Origin: an uncultured Candidatus Nitrosopumilus sp.
Lineage (GTDB): Archaea; Thermoproteota; Nitrososphaeria; Nitrososphaerales; Nitrosopumilaceae
Length of the DNA: 64,000 nt
Assembly: GCA_905612485.1 (NCBI GenBank)
Contig: CAJQSE010000009.1
Span: 20,193 to 84,192, forward strand
Direction of reading: 5' to 3'
Part shown: positions 23,437 to 34,284 of the stretch, one piece after another
Layout of the letters: each line of letters starts with the position of its first letter
Position numbering within the stretch: the stretch's first letter is position 1
The notes under the pieces: generated by a model
The model's database searches: none
Told to the model about the DNA's origin: nothing
The model's input: the letters and a program-made list of their open reading frames with translations, nothing else
Made by a program: the position numbers and the translations under genes

Positions 23437-24735
23437 CTATGGTTTATGCTCTTCAGTAATTTCCTTAACAATACCTGCTGCAATTGTTGCACCCATATCT
23501 CTAAGTGCAAATCTTCCCATTTCTGGAAATTCTTCGAAAGTTTCGATACAAGTTGGTCTTACGGGTCTAATCTTTACAATTGCGGCATCACCAACTTTAA
23601 GGAATTTTGGATTTTCTTCCTCAACTGCACCAGTTGCAGGGTTAATTTTTTGAAGAAACTCAGTAACAGTTGCTGCAACTTGTGTTGTATGTGCGTGCAT
23701 AACTGGAGTGTATCCAGGTGCAATTGCTGTTGGATGATGAATAACAATAATTTGGGCTTTGAATTCTTTTGCTACATTTGGTGGAGCATCAGGAGTACCA
23801 AGAACATCTCCTCGCTTGATATCTTTCTTTTCAATACCTCTTAGGTTGAAACCAATGTTGTCACCTGCTTCTGCAGTTGGCATTTCTGTATGGTGAGTTT
23901 CAATAGATTTGATTTCACCAAGTGCACCAGAAGGCATTACAATAATTTTTTGATTTGCCTTCATGATACCAGTTTCAACTCTACCTACAGGTACAGTTCC
24001 TACACCAGTAATTGTGTAAACGTCTTGAATTGGAACACGTAATGGTTTACCAATTGGTTTTTCTTCTACTGTAAAGTCATCAAATGCTTCAAGTAGTGTT
24101 TTACCAGAATACCATGGCATGTTCTCAGTTTTCTTAACTAAATTATCTCCTTTCCATCCAGAAACTGGAATGACAGGTACGTCTTCTAGTTTGTAACCAA
24201 CAGATCTTACTAATTTCTCACCTTTCTCTTTGGCTGCATTGAAGGCATCTTCTTTGTAGTCAACTGCATCCATTTTGTTAATTGCAACAATAATTTGTTT
24301 TACACCTAATGTCTTAAGCAAAAATGCGTGCTCTCTTGCTTGTCCACCAGCTGCAGTTGCAGTATCAGTTTCACCTTCTTTTGCTGAAAGTACTAAGATG
24401 GCTGCATCTGCTTCAGAAGCGCCAGTAATCATATTTTTAATAAAGTCCCTGTGACCAGGAGCATCAATTAAAGTAAAGAAGTATTTACTAGACTCAAATT
24501 TTTGGAATGCTAAATCGATTGTAATTCCTCTTTCTCTTTCGTCTTTAATGTTATCCATAACCCATGCATACTTGAAAGTATCACCTTTTCCGGTCTTCTC
24601 GGATTCTTCTGCATGTGCTGCAATGGTTCTCTCATCTACAACTCCTAGATCCATTAAGAAATGACCCATAGTTGTAGATTTACCGTTATCAATATGACCT
24701 GTTACAATCATGTTTAAGTGTGGTTTATCTGCCAT
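23437..24735 (-). CDS. tuf: Translation elongation factor EF-1 alpha
   Basis: GHIDNGKST, ERERGITI, DAPGHRDF, NKMD. Confidence 0.99.
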   Translation of the reverse strand: MADKPHLNMIVTGHIDNGKSTTMGHFLMDLGVVDERTIAAHAEESEKTGKGDTFKYAWVMDNIKDERERGITIDLAFQKFESSKYFFTLIDAPGHRDFIKNMITGASEADAAILVLSAKEGETDTATAAGGQAREHAFLLKTLGVKQIIVAINKMDAVDYKEDAFNAAKEKGEKLVRSVGYKLEDVPVIPVSGWKGDNLVKKTENMPWYSGKTLLEAFDDFTVEEKPIGKPLRVPIQDVYTITGVGTVPVGRVETGIMKANQKIIVMPSGALGEIKSIETHHTEMPTAEAGDNIGFNLRGIEKKDIKRGDVLGTPDAPPNVAKEFKAQIIVIHHPTAIAPGYTPVMHAHTTQVAATVTEFLQKINPATGAVEEENPKFLKVGDAAIVKIRPVRPTCIETFEEFPEMGRFALRDMGATIAAGIVKEITEEHKP

Positions 24736-24864
24736 ATCGAATTCGACGTCGAGGGCATATATTACTGTAATGAATTTTTTTTAACAAATATATTTTTTGG
24801 AATAAATGTTTGAACGAATGATATCACTAAAAGCACATAAATCAAAGAAGAAAAAATTAGATAT

Positions 24865-26004
24865 ATGAAAATTACAGTTTCAGTTATCAAAGCAGATGTC
24901 GGCGGGATCGGTGGACATACAAAACCAAGTGACGGTCTAATCAAAGCAATTAGAGATACTGTTGAAAATTCGGGAGATTTACTTATTGACCATTACATAG
25001 GATATTGTGGAGATGACACACATATCGTCATGTCCCATACACATGGTGTAGATAATGAAAAAGTCCACAAATTAGCATGGGATGCTTTCATGGCAGGAAC
25101 AGAGGTTGCCAAAAAAGAAGGACTTTACGGTGCAGGTCAAGATTTACTCAAAGATTCTTTTTCAGGAAATGTTAAAGGAATGGGTCCAGGTGTTGCAGAA
25201 TTGGAATTCGAAGAAAGACCTAATGAAGCATTTACTGTTTTTGCAGCAGACAAAACAGAACCAGGAGCATTCAACTATCCAATATACAAAATGTTTGTAG
25301 ATTCACTAAGTAATACTGCATTGATTGTAAACAAATCTCTTGCAAGTGGAGTAGTAATGAACATCATGGATGTAGAAAAAGCACAAATTGCAGAATTACA
25401 TTTATGGGAAGACAAACCAACTATTGAAGCAGCATTAATGTATCCAGGAAGATATGTGGTAGATTCGGTATACACAAAAGAAGGTGAGCCAATTCTCGAT
25501 GCATCAACGGATAGATTACATAACATTGCAGGAACATATGTTGGAAAAGATGATCCGATTTGTTTAGTAAGAACACAAAAGAATTTTCCAGCAACTGAAG
25601 AAGTGGGAAGTATGTTTAACAACCCCCACTTTGTTGCAGGAAACACAAGAGGAAGTCATAATATGCCATTGATGCCAGTGAAATTAAACTCAGCAGCATC
25701 AATCAACTTTTGTATTCCAATTGTAGAAGCATTAGTATTTAGTATGCATAATGGTAAATTGGTAGGACCGTTTGATGGATTTTCAACACCAGATTGGGAC
25801 TACATTAGAGAAATTGCAACAAAGAAAGCAATTACAATTAGAAGCCAAGGATTTATCCATCCGGCAACACTAGTACCATCAGAATTAGAATATGCTGAAG
25901 GATATAGAGCAAGAATGAATATTCTTGAAACAAAAATGAAACCAATGAAAGACGATAAATCCAATAATACAGATAGAAAAGAAAATTACGTAGATCCAGA
26001 TTAG
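24865..26004 (+). CDS. fbp: Bifunctional FBP aldolase/phosphatase (class V)
   Basis: KADVGG, GLYGAGQDLL, YVGKDDP, RGSH. Confidence 0.97.
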   Translation: MKITVSVIKADVGGIGGHTKPSDGLIKAIRDTVENSGDLLIDHYIGYCGDDTHIVMSHTHGVDNEKVHKLAWDAFMAGTEVAKKEGLYGAGQDLLKDSFSGNVKGMGPGVAELEFEERPNEAFTVFAADKTEPGAFNYPIYKMFVDSLSNTALIVNKSLASGVVMNIMDVEKAQIAELHLWEDKPTIEAALMYPGRYVVDSVYTKEGEPILDASTDRLHNIAGTYVGKDDPICLVRTQKNFPATEEVGSMFNNPHFVAGNTRGSHNMPLMPVKLNSAASINFCIPIVEALVFSMHNGKLVGPFDGFSTPDWDYIREIATKKAITIRSQGFIHPATLVPSELEYAEGYRARMNILETKMKPMKDDKSNNTDRKENYVDPD

Positions 26005-26069
26005 TGATCTCGTATTTTTACAATTTTACGAAATAGTTAAATGAAAAAAGAGTATAGGCATTACAAGGT

Positions 26070-26480
26070 ATGAGGGCCTTTCAAAAAATCTTTGATCGAA
26101 AGACGTATATTTTTACAATGTTAGCAGTAATTTCGTTTTCAAGTTTTCTAGTAGTATTATTTGGGCAAACCATACCAGGAATAATTTTAGCATTTTTTAA
26201 AATGGCTGGAGAATATGTAATTTTAGGCATAGTGTTAGTTTTTGTATTTGCCTGGTTTCTTAGAGCTAGACCACATAATCGACCAAAAGATTACAAGATA
26301 ATTCCATTAGATATATTTGGTAAGAAAAGTAAAATCGATGGAATTAGAACTGAATTTAAAACGCATGATGTAGCATGGAGCTTTATGAAACAGTACAAGG
26401 AAATGTACCCACTACATAATTTTGCACTAGTATCAGATCTTGAAAATTCAGACAAGCCAACAATTTTTAGATATATTTAG
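26070..26480 (+). CDS. Membrane hypothetical protein
   Basis: Two hydrophobic segments followed by a soluble domain. Confidence 0.75.
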   Translation: MRAFQKIFDRKTYIFTMLAVISFSSFLVVLFGQTIPGIILAFFKMAGEYVILGIVLVFVFAWFLRARPHNRPKDYKIIPLDIFGKKSKIDGIRTEFKTHDVAWSFMKQYKEMYPLHNFALVSDLENSDKPTIFRYI

Positions 26481-26517
26481 ATTCAGACTTTTATTCAGGA
26501 AAAGGCAGAAGAAAATA

Positions 26518-28287
26518 ATGGAATATTCTATTTTAGCAAAATCTTTTGAAAAAATGGAATCAACTAGAAAAAGATTAGAATTAACACAGTATTTAGTGGA
26601 ATTATTTGAAAAAACACCACAAGATGTAATTTCAAAAATCACATACCTTCTTCAAGGAAAACTAAGACCGGATTTTGAAGGAATAGAGTTAGGTGTTGCT
26701 GAAAAATTAGCAATTAGAGCAATTTCTAAATCATCAGGAATAGCAATTAAAAAAATTGAAGAAGAATATAACAAAAGAGGAGACCTAGGACATGCAGCAG
26801 CAATAATTTTAGAACAGAAAACACAGACAACTTTTCTTGTTGAAAGTATTACTGTAGAAAGAGTATACGAAACATTATTCAAAATTGCAAGGTTAGAAGG
26901 TTTAAGATCTCAAGATATGAAAATTAAATACATATCCAGTTTACTAAATGATGCAAGTACCTTAGAAGCAACATATATTTTGAAAATATTACTTGGAACT
27001 CTAAGATTAGGAGTTGCTGAAAATACAGTGATGGATGCATTGGCAATTGCATATTCTGGAAATAAAGAGAATAGAAAGATGTTAGAATACGCATATAATG
27101 TTTCAACGGATTTAGGAAAAGTTGCAGAAGTGATAGCAACAGATGGAATAAAAGGGATTGAAGAATTTAAAATAGAATTATTTAATCCAATTCGACCCAT
27201 GCTTGCAGACAGAGTAAAAAGTGAAGAAGAAGTGATGGAAAAAATGGGAAATGAATTTGCCATTGAATACAAATTAGATGGAGAAAGGGTACAAATTCAC
27301 ATAGAAGGAGAAAAAATAGAATTATTTTCTAGAAGTTTAGAAAAAATTTCAAGTTACTATCCAGATATTATAGAAAAAATTCCAAAAATAATTCAAGCAG
27401 AGAATGCAATACTAGAAGCAGAAATAGTTGCAATAAATGAAAACACGGGAGATTTTTTACCATTTCAAGAATTAATGCATAGGAGAAGAAAATATAAAAT
27501 TGAAAAAGCAGTAACAGAATATCCCATCACAGTAAATTTTTTTGATGTATTGTATTGTAATGGAAAAAATTGTATAGAATTGAGTTATATTGAAAGAAGA
27601 AGAAAATTAGAAAAAATAGTAAAAGAAAATGAATTTGCAAAATACATACCAATGACAATAGCAAAAACTAAAAACAAAATTGAGGAATTTTTTGAAAATA
27701 GTATTAATGCAGGAAGTGAAGGATTAATGTTAAAAATGTTAGACAAGCCATATCAAGCAGGTTCAAGAGGAAGTCATTGGTTAAAATTAAAAAGAGAATA
27801 TAGAAATGAATTAGGAGATAGTTTAGACCTTGTTGTAATTGGGGGGTTTTTTGGGAAAGGTAGAAGAACAGGCAGTTATGGAACACTGTTACTTTCAACA
27901 TATGATGAAAATACAGACACATTTCCAAGTATTTGTAAAGTAGGTACTGGATTCACAGATGAAAGTTTAGATCAATTATATCAAATTCTAAATCCAAAAA
28001 TTACAATTAAAAAAAATCCTCGCATCAATAGTGAAATGGAAGCAGATGTTTGGTTTGAACCAGAATTAGTAATAGAAGTTGTAGCGTCAGAAATTACCCT
28101 GAGTCCAATCCACAAAGTAGCACAAGATGAAATTAGAAAAAATGCAGGATTAGCATTACGATTTCCAAAATTCACAGGAAAGATAAGAGTAGAAAAAATG
28201 GCAGAAGATGCATCAACAGATGAAGAGGTAATTTCATTATACAAAGGGCAAAATAAAGCTGCTCGTGATAAAAATTTGATAGAATAA
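26518..28287 (+). CDS. lig: ATP-dependent DNA ligase
   Basis: EYKLDGER adenylation motif, EGLMLK, WLKLK, ALRFPKF; ATG at 26518 preferred. Confidence 0.97.
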   Translation: MEYSILAKSFEKMESTRKRLELTQYLVELFEKTPQDVISKITYLLQGKLRPDFEGIELGVAEKLAIRAISKSSGIAIKKIEEEYNKRGDLGHAAAIILEQKTQTTFLVESITVERVYETLFKIARLEGLRSQDMKIKYISSLLNDASTLEATYILKILLGTLRLGVAENTVMDALAIAYSGNKENRKMLEYAYNVSTDLGKVAEVIATDGIKGIEEFKIELFNPIRPMLADRVKSEEEVMEKMGNEFAIEYKLDGERVQIHIEGEKIELFSRSLEKISSYYPDIIEKIPKIIQAENAILEAEIVAINENTGDFLPFQELMHRRRKYKIEKAVTEYPITVNFFDVLYCNGKNCIELSYIERRRKLEKIVKENEFAKYIPMTIAKTKNKIEEFFENSINAGSEGLMLKMLDKPYQAGSRGSHWLKLKREYRNELGDSLDLVVIGGFFGKGRRTGSYGTLLLSTYDENTDTFPSICKVGTGFTDESLDQLYQILNPKITIKKNPRINSEMEADVWFEPELVIEVVASEITLSPIHKVAQDEIRKNAGLALRFPKFTGKIRVEKMAEDASTDEEVISLYKGQNKAARDKNLIE

Positions 28288-28350
28288 CGCTCAAAAAATA
28301 TCAAAGATCATAGAGGATTTAAATTACCACAAGACATCATACTTTTTGTT

Positions 28351-29004
28351 ATGTATAGTGGAGAACTTGAAGTACAAGCAAAAAGAAAGGCTATAGCAGT
28401 TTTGCAAGATGAGATCAATAGAATTCTAAACGCATCTAGAGAACTTGGAACACTAACTGATTCTTTAATGAAAAAAGATAAGAAAGCAGTCAAAAATACG
28501 TTAGAACAAATCTCAACTATAGAAGAAGAAGTAGAGAATCTTAGAAGAAAAATTACACGAGAAGTTGCTGATGTTGGGGGATTAATCATGAATAGAGAAA
28601 ACCTTCTAAACACAGCCTATACAATGGATGAGATTGCAGGTTACATTACAGGTATTGCATTCAAACTTTCAAATGTAAAAATAACTACATTGAAAAGTTC
28701 AAAACTGGATAAAGATATTGCAGAACTAATATCATTAGTAGTAGATGAAGTCTACAAACTAAATGAAATCATTAGAAGTCTCAATACAAATACTGCCAAC
28801 GCAATTGATTTGGCTCAAGAAACACAAACAATTGAAAGAGAAATAGACATCAAATATAGAGAAGCAACAATAAAACTTCTCAATGAAGTAAAGGATCCAA
28901 AAGAATTATTGTTGATCAAAGATGTAATTGAAGGAATCGAAGAAATGTCAGACAAATGTCAAAGAGTTTCAGATTCATTCATACTGCTAGCATTAAGCCT
29001 ATAA
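28351..29004 (+). CDS. DUF47 / PhoU-like phosphate transport regulator
   Basis: IEEEVENLRRKI..NREN..DEIA, IEEMSDKCQRV pattern. Confidence 0.85.
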   Translation: MYSGELEVQAKRKAIAVLQDEINRILNASRELGTLTDSLMKKDKKAVKNTLEQISTIEEEVENLRRKITREVADVGGLIMNRENLLNTAYTMDEIAGYITGIAFKLSNVKITTLKSSKLDKDIAELISLVVDEVYKLNEIIRSLNTNTANAIDLAQETQTIEREIDIKYREATIKLLNEVKDPKELLLIKDVIEGIEEMSDKCQRVSDSFILLALSL

Positions 29005-29097
29005 CAAAAAACAATTTTAATTTCTACTTTATTTTTAATATCACTAACGCTAGTTATACACTATAGAATTCATATACATAACACATTTGATTAAAGC

Positions 29098-29634
29098 ATG
29101 AAAAGTGAATTAGTAGAAAATAGAATTATTGTTTGGGATATTGATGATTCTAAAAAACTTTTCACTGAAGGATATTATGGAAAGCCAATTGGTATGCCCA
29201 AACCAAAAATTGAAGAAATCAATGTGCCATTAATTTTAGACTTGATTGAGGGATTATATTTATTAGAAAATAAAAAAATTAGTATTAGCAAATTAAAGCA
29301 AAAAATGAATATTAAACAAATGATAGAAATTTGTAAAAAAGAAGTTCACGAATTTGAGAAAAAATATATTGTTTACAAAAATTTTCGAGATAAAGGATAC
29401 ATAATTAATCCAGGAATTAAATTTGGATGTGATTTTGCAGTATATGAAAAAGGACCAGGGATCGATCATGCGCCATTTTTAATTCAAGTATACAATAGAA
29501 ATGAATCAATAACATCAACAGGAATTGTTCTTGCAGGACGACTTGCAACAACAGTAAGAAAACAATTCATTCTAGCAATACCCAAAGGAAAAGATAAAGT
29601 AGATTTTCTTGCGTTAGATTGGTGGAAAGCTTAA
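29098..29634 (+). CDS. endA: tRNA splicing endonuclease catalytic subunit
   Basis: GIKFGCDFAVY, HAPF, RLATTVRK (Tyr-His-Lys triad). Confidence 0.93.
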   Translation: MKSELVENRIIVWDIDDSKKLFTEGYYGKPIGMPKPKIEEINVPLILDLIEGLYLLENKKISISKLKQKMNIKQMIEICKKEVHEFEKKYIVYKNFRDKGYIINPGIKFGCDFAVYEKGPGIDHAPFLIQVYNRNESITSTGIVLAGRLATTVRKQFILAIPKGKDKVDFLALDWWKA

Positions 29635-30008
29635 ACTGATTTTATGTGACCAGCAATTCTATCATAAATTTCAAAGAGTTCCTTCGTAATCCCAAATGCA
29701 ATATGATTATCCCATTTACCGCGTATTCTAACAGCAGTATCAGTAGGTTCAACATAGATTGTTGCATCCTTAATGGATTGTTTTGCAATCATTTCATTAA
29801 GTTCATTATCAGAGTTTAATTTAGTAGCTAAATCACCATATCCATTCCATTCAACTTTAGTAACTACTTTTGAACCAAAATGACCTTGAGTTTTAAGAAT
29901 TGTTTTAGCAGTATAATTTATTGCTGAAGAACCAACATTTTTTCTAACAATGAAATGTGCTTGATATCTATCTTGTGCGCCCCATGGGAGTGGATTTGGA
30001 TCTTGCAT
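29631..30008 (-). CDS. Hypothetical protein
   Basis: 125-aa ORF, apparently co-transcribed with 30011..30271. Confidence 0.75.
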   Translation of the reverse strand: MQDPNPLPWGAQDRYQAHFIVRKNVGSSAINYTAKTILKTQGHFGSKVVTKVEWNGYGDLATKLNSDNELNEMIAKQSIKDATIYVEPTDTAVRIRGKWDNHIAFGITKELFEIYDRIAGHIKSV

Positions 30009-30010
30009 AA

Positions 30011-30271
30011 TTATCCTTTTTGAATTATTTGTACGACGTCAATGTTAGAATTTTTAATATCAATACAACCTTTGTTAGTAACCATTCTAGGAGTTTGAGA
30101 AAAATATCGACTATAGTAATCATCAGTTTCAACAGCATCAGTTGCGATATCTTTAGATTCAGAATCCACCCCAATCTCTTTTAACATGGTGCTAAATTTT
30201 TCAGGCCATGTTTGATAAATGAAAGTATCAGATTCAGTATCATGCATAAAAAATCTTACACCATACCCCAA
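30011..30271 (-). CDS. Hypothetical protein
   Basis: 86-aa ORF, normal codon pattern. Confidence 0.7.
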   Translation of the reverse strand: MGYGVRFFMHDTESDTFIYQTWPEKFSTMLKEIGVDSESKDIATDAVETDDYYSRYFSQTPRMVTNKGCIDIKNSNIDVVQIIQKG

Positions 30272-30341
30272 ATAAAGATTTCAAGAAATACTCACATAGA
30301 TCAATCCAAATAAATATCACAAAATATTTGGCAAATTACTT

Positions 30342-32114
30342 ATGTTAAAATTTCAAAATAAAATATCTTTAATCACAGGAAGTGGTACTGGAATAGGTCA
30401 AGCCATTGCTAAGAAATTTGTAGAAAATGGAGGAAGTGTAATCATACTAGGACGACGAAGAGAGCCATTAGATGAAACAGCCAAAATGTTAGAAACTATT
30501 ATTGTTGAAAAACAAAGTGGTGCAAATGTTAGAATTTTTTCAGGTGTAGATGTAAGTGACGAAAATACTATGAATAAGATGTTTGAGGATTTAAAAAAGG
30601 ATAACGTAGTAATTGATCATATTATTAACAATGCAGGTATTTCAGGTCCTGTAACATGTTTTCCTAATGCATCATTAGATGAATTCAAAAGTACTATTGG
30701 AATTCATCTTACAGGGACATTCTGGGGTTCAGTTCAAGCACTTAAAGTTATGAAAGAAGGAGGAAAAATTATTACAATTTCAACATTTTTCACAGAAGAA
30801 AGACCATTGGAGCAAAGACCATACAGATTTAGAAGTCCATACACTGCAGCTCAAGGAGCAAAAAATAGATTAGCAGAATTAATGTCATGGGAACTAACAG
30901 ACAAAGGGATTATTTCAATTGCAACAAATCCAGGACCAGTTCATTCAGATAGAATTTACAAAACGGTATATCCAAAAGCAGCAGCAGAATTTATGAGAGT
31001 TAGTGGATTTGAAGATCTTAATCCAACAGAAGTAGATACAGCAAATAAAGAATTACTTCCATTATTAGGCGAAGATAATTCAGTTATCAAAGAAGGAATT
31101 TCAAAGGCAGCTATAAAATTAGCAAATGGAAAAAATATTATAAAATTAACTGAGACATTAACTAACTTGTTGAATAAAATACAAACAATTGCAGAAAAAG
31201 TTCAAAACAATACATCACATATGATTGCAAATAAAGAATTCTTATCTCAAGGGCAAGTGGCAGAAACAGTTCTAAATTTGTGTGATGATGAAATTGCAAA
31301 AATTGTTAACGGTAAAGTAATGCCAGGAGATAGAGTATTTTATCCAGTTAAACCATATATTGGAACTACAACTCCAGAAGTTCATCAACCAGATTTTACT
31401 GGAAAGGTAGTTGTGCTTACAATTGATGCAACAGACAAAACAGATGCAGAACGTGTAGAATTTTTAGCACAACATATTGAAAAAAATGGAGGAAAAGTAG
31501 CATGTTTCATATCACAAACAACTCCAACTCACCTTCAAGAATACATCAGCAGTAAATTTCACTCACATGTGGTCAATATTAAAAATCCTGAAGAAGTTCA
31601 AAGATGGTTAAACACAGCACAAACAAACATTGGAGAAATTTTAGGAGTGATACACATTACAGGAAAATTACCAGAGATTGAAAAATTAACTGAATTAACG
31701 AGATCAGTATGGGAAGGGTTAACTGAAAAATTTATATCGACACCTGCAACAGTTGCACAAAGAGCACTAGAACAATTTGTACCAGGTGGCAAAGAAGATC
31801 CACGTCTGTACAAAGATGCAAAAGGTGCAATCATGATCATTGGTCCAGATTTACCAATAGGAAGAAAAGTCACAGGTACACAAAGAGCTCAAGTAGAAGT
31901 TTTTAGAGGAGCATTAAGACCATTTACAACAACAGTTAATCAAGAACTAAGTGATGTATTAAAATCAAAAATTAGAATGTTTACAATTTTCCCAGGTTCA
32001 GTAGCAGGGTCAGAGCCAAATAATCAAAGAATAGCAGAAGCATTTAACTTCCTAGTTACAGAAAATGCACTTTCATCTGTAGAAGTAACATTCTGTGTGG
32101 ATGAAACAAGATAA
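30342..32114 (+). CDS. Double-domain SDR oxidoreductase, malonyl-CoA-reductase-like
   Basis: TGSGTGIG, NNAG, YRFRSPY, NPGPV; degenerate second SDR domain. Confidence 0.85.
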   Translation: MLKFQNKISLITGSGTGIGQAIAKKFVENGGSVIILGRRREPLDETAKMLETIIVEKQSGANVRIFSGVDVSDENTMNKMFEDLKKDNVVIDHIINNAGISGPVTCFPNASLDEFKSTIGIHLTGTFWGSVQALKVMKEGGKIITISTFFTEERPLEQRPYRFRSPYTAAQGAKNRLAELMSWELTDKGIISIATNPGPVHSDRIYKTVYPKAAAEFMRVSGFEDLNPTEVDTANKELLPLLGEDNSVIKEGISKAAIKLANGKNIIKLTETLTNLLNKIQTIAEKVQNNTSHMIANKEFLSQGQVAETVLNLCDDEIAKIVNGKVMPGDRVFYPVKPYIGTTTPEVHQPDFTGKVVVLTIDATDKTDAERVEFLAQHIEKNGGKVACFISQTTPTHLQEYISSKFHSHVVNIKNPEEVQRWLNTAQTNIGEILGVIHITGKLPEIEKLTELTRSVWEGLTEKFISTPATVAQRALEQFVPGGKEDPRLYKDAKGAIMIIGPDLPIGRKVTGTQRAQVEVFRGALRPFTTTVNQELSDVLKSKIRMFTIFPGSVAGSEPNNQRIAEAFNFLVTENALSSVEVTFCVDETR

Positions 32115-32269
32115 AGATAAAAATATTTACAGAATTAAAAAAGAACCTATACAATAAATATGAAGGTAAAACTAAGGAGCCAACTAGTCTCCTCAGCCAT
32201 CAGATCAAAAGATCTAACGAACAATATATTTCAAAAAATTAGTATAAAAATACAATTAATTTTTTGAGG

Positions 32270-33055
32270 CTAAAAAAGAAAAGAAAAAGAACCATTAGTT
32301 AAAGAATCAAAAAATAGTTTTACAGCTGTAATTAAAAGTACAACAGAGACAAGAATTTTTAAATTTCTCTCTTTTACACTTAAAGATAATTTTGCACCAA
32401 CCAATCCACCAAAAAAAGAACCAATTGCTAAAAATCCAGATTGAAGAAAATCAGGATGTCCCAAAATACTATGAACTATTATTCCAGATAGTGACGCAAA
32501 TAATAAAATTAATTGTGAAGTAGGCGCAGCCCTCTTCATAGACATTCCCATTCCAACGATCATCAAAGGTACAAAAATGATCCCACCACCAATTCCAAAA
32601 AAGGAAGAAATAATTCCTGCAAAAAAGCTAGCTCCAATTATAAAAATAATTAATTGTTTAGAAATTCTTTTTTCTCTGGATTCAATCTGTTTTCTTAAAA
32701 AAATGTAAGCAGAAGATGCAATCAAAACAAACCCAAATAAAATTTTAAAAATATCTGGAGCAACATCAGTAGAAATTATTGCACCCAAAATAGTACCAGG
32801 AATTGCAAGTAATCCAAGTTTTAACCCCAAAGAATATTCAATTCTTTTTTGTTTGGAATAAGAAATCGTAGATGCAACAGAGTTACTGAATGCTGCAAAA
32901 AGACTATTACTTGCTGCAACAGTTGGAGGAAAACCCAAAAATGTCAATATTGGGACAATGATAATCCCACCCCCAAGACCAATCATAGAACCCAATATAC
33001 CAGCAACAAATCCCAAAGGAATTAACCATAATTGATCAATCATTGTAATCTCCAA
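32270..33055 (-). CDS. TauE/SafE (TSUP) sulfite exporter family
   Basis: Two G(L/I)GGG repeats, multi-TM. Confidence 0.9.
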   Translation of the reverse strand: MEITMIDQLWLIPLGFVAGILGSMIGLGGGIIIVPILTFLGFPPTVAASNSLFAAFSNSVASTISYSKQKRIEYSLGLKLGLLAIPGTILGAIISTDVAPDIFKILFGFVLIASSAYIFLRKQIESREKRISKQLIIFIIGASFFAGIISSFFGIGGGIIFVPLMIVGMGMSMKRAAPTSQLILLFASLSGIIVHSILGHPDFLQSGFLAIGSFFGGLVGAKLSLSVKERNLKILVSVVLLITAVKLFFDSLTNGSFSFLF

Positions 33056-33083
33056 TCAAATAATTTTATCATATATAATTAGA

Positions 33084-33710
33084 CTACTTTAGAACAATTA
33101 AAGTCCACAAATAGGAGTCATTTTTAGAAGTAATTTCTAGAATTAATGTTTCGCTATCAATACCATCAATGGTTGATTTCATATAAGTTTCAGAGGATTC
33201 AGAAAATTTAGTGTTTGCAGCATACAACCAAGCACCAACAGATTCAAATCCCCCAGGTTGTTTTTCATTCCAACAATCACAAACCAAAGTTTCAATCATG
33301 GTTTCAAAAACAATCTCAACTTCATTAGATTTTGAATCTAAAAATGGAGAGGAATTAATTGCAGCAATAGCCATTATTGGATTATCAGGAGTACCACCAA
33401 TACTGATATTTCCAAGAGATTTTCCATTTGGATCTTGAATAGCAGTAGTAGTACAATATGTAATAGCAGACAAAATATCATCACGAATTGCACAGTAATT
33501 TTCAATAGTATGATCTGTAATTGGAGTAGGAGTAGACATAAAAATATTTTTTTCAGATAAAGATTCTTTTATTTTTTCAACATCATAAAAAGTAAAACCA
33601 TATTGATAGAGATTTTCCGAGGAAGGCATAGAAGAATTTTCAGGAATCAAAAAAATAGCAATAGCCGACATTATTATAACAATAATTGGAATGAGAATTT
33701 TTTTATTCAT
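33084..33710 (-). CDS. Exported hypothetical protein
   Basis: N-terminal TM; LVCDCW motif. Confidence 0.75.
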   Translation of the reverse strand: MNKKILIPIIVIIMSAIAIFLIPENSSMPSSENLYQYGFTFYDVEKIKESLSEKNIFMSTPTPITDHTIENYCAIRDDILSAITYCTTTAIQDPNGKSLGNISIGGTPDNPIMAIAAINSSPFLDSKSNEVEIVFETMIETLVCDCWNEKQPGGFESVGAWLYAANTKFSESSETYMKSTIDGIDSETLILEITSKNDSYLWTLIVLK

Positions 33711-33751
33711 AAATAATTTAGAAATAGATTATAAGATAAGGTTTTGCAATT

Positions 33752-34246
33752 TTAGATAGATATTATTTCTAAAATAGAGTCTTTGGTAATATTATTTTGT
33801 TTAACAAAGCCAGATGTAACTTCAAGAATATATGTTGCCTCACCATCAGGTATAAAACTTGGACATCCTGCAGCAATTTCAACAGGTATTACACATGGAG
33901 GAACATTTGTTTTAATATGCACTACTTTACCATCGCTATCAAACCAGATCATATCTAATTCAAATTGCATGTTAAGCATCCATAAAGAATACAAACCTTG
34001 TTCTGAAAATACAAAAAGCATCCCTTGATCTAAAGGCAATTGATCTTGAAACATTAGTCCACGAACACGACTTGAGTCTGTATCAGCAATTTGTATTTCG
34101 AGAGGTATGGTATCGACTTTAATCATACCTCTAGGAAATTTTACTTGTTCCAATTTTATTTCGCTTGGCAAAGTGAGTATTCCAATTGAACCAATAATCA
34201 CAGCAGCAATAAAAATTGGAATTAAAGCTTGAGCTTTAGTGGTCAT
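33752..34246 (-). CDS. DUF192 family protein
   Basis: RGLMF..GMLFVF..WM.NM.F.LD..YILEV. Confidence 0.9.
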   Translation of the reverse strand: MTTKAQALIPIFIAAVIIGSIGILTLPSEIKLEQVKFPRGMIKVDTIPLEIQIADTDSSRVRGLMFQDQLPLDQGMLFVFSEQGLYSLWMLNMQFELDMIWFDSDGKVVHIKTNVPPCVIPVEIAAGCPSFIPDGEATYILEVTSGFVKQNNITKDSILEIISI

Positions 34247-34284
34247 AAATTAGTTTAACAGTATCCTTTTAAAAACTGAATGTG

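Noticed and set aside
23252-28613. Long antisense ORFs over tuf, fbp, lig and the DUF47 gene
   Set aside because: These are shadow frames caused by the codon bias of well-supported genes on the opposite strand
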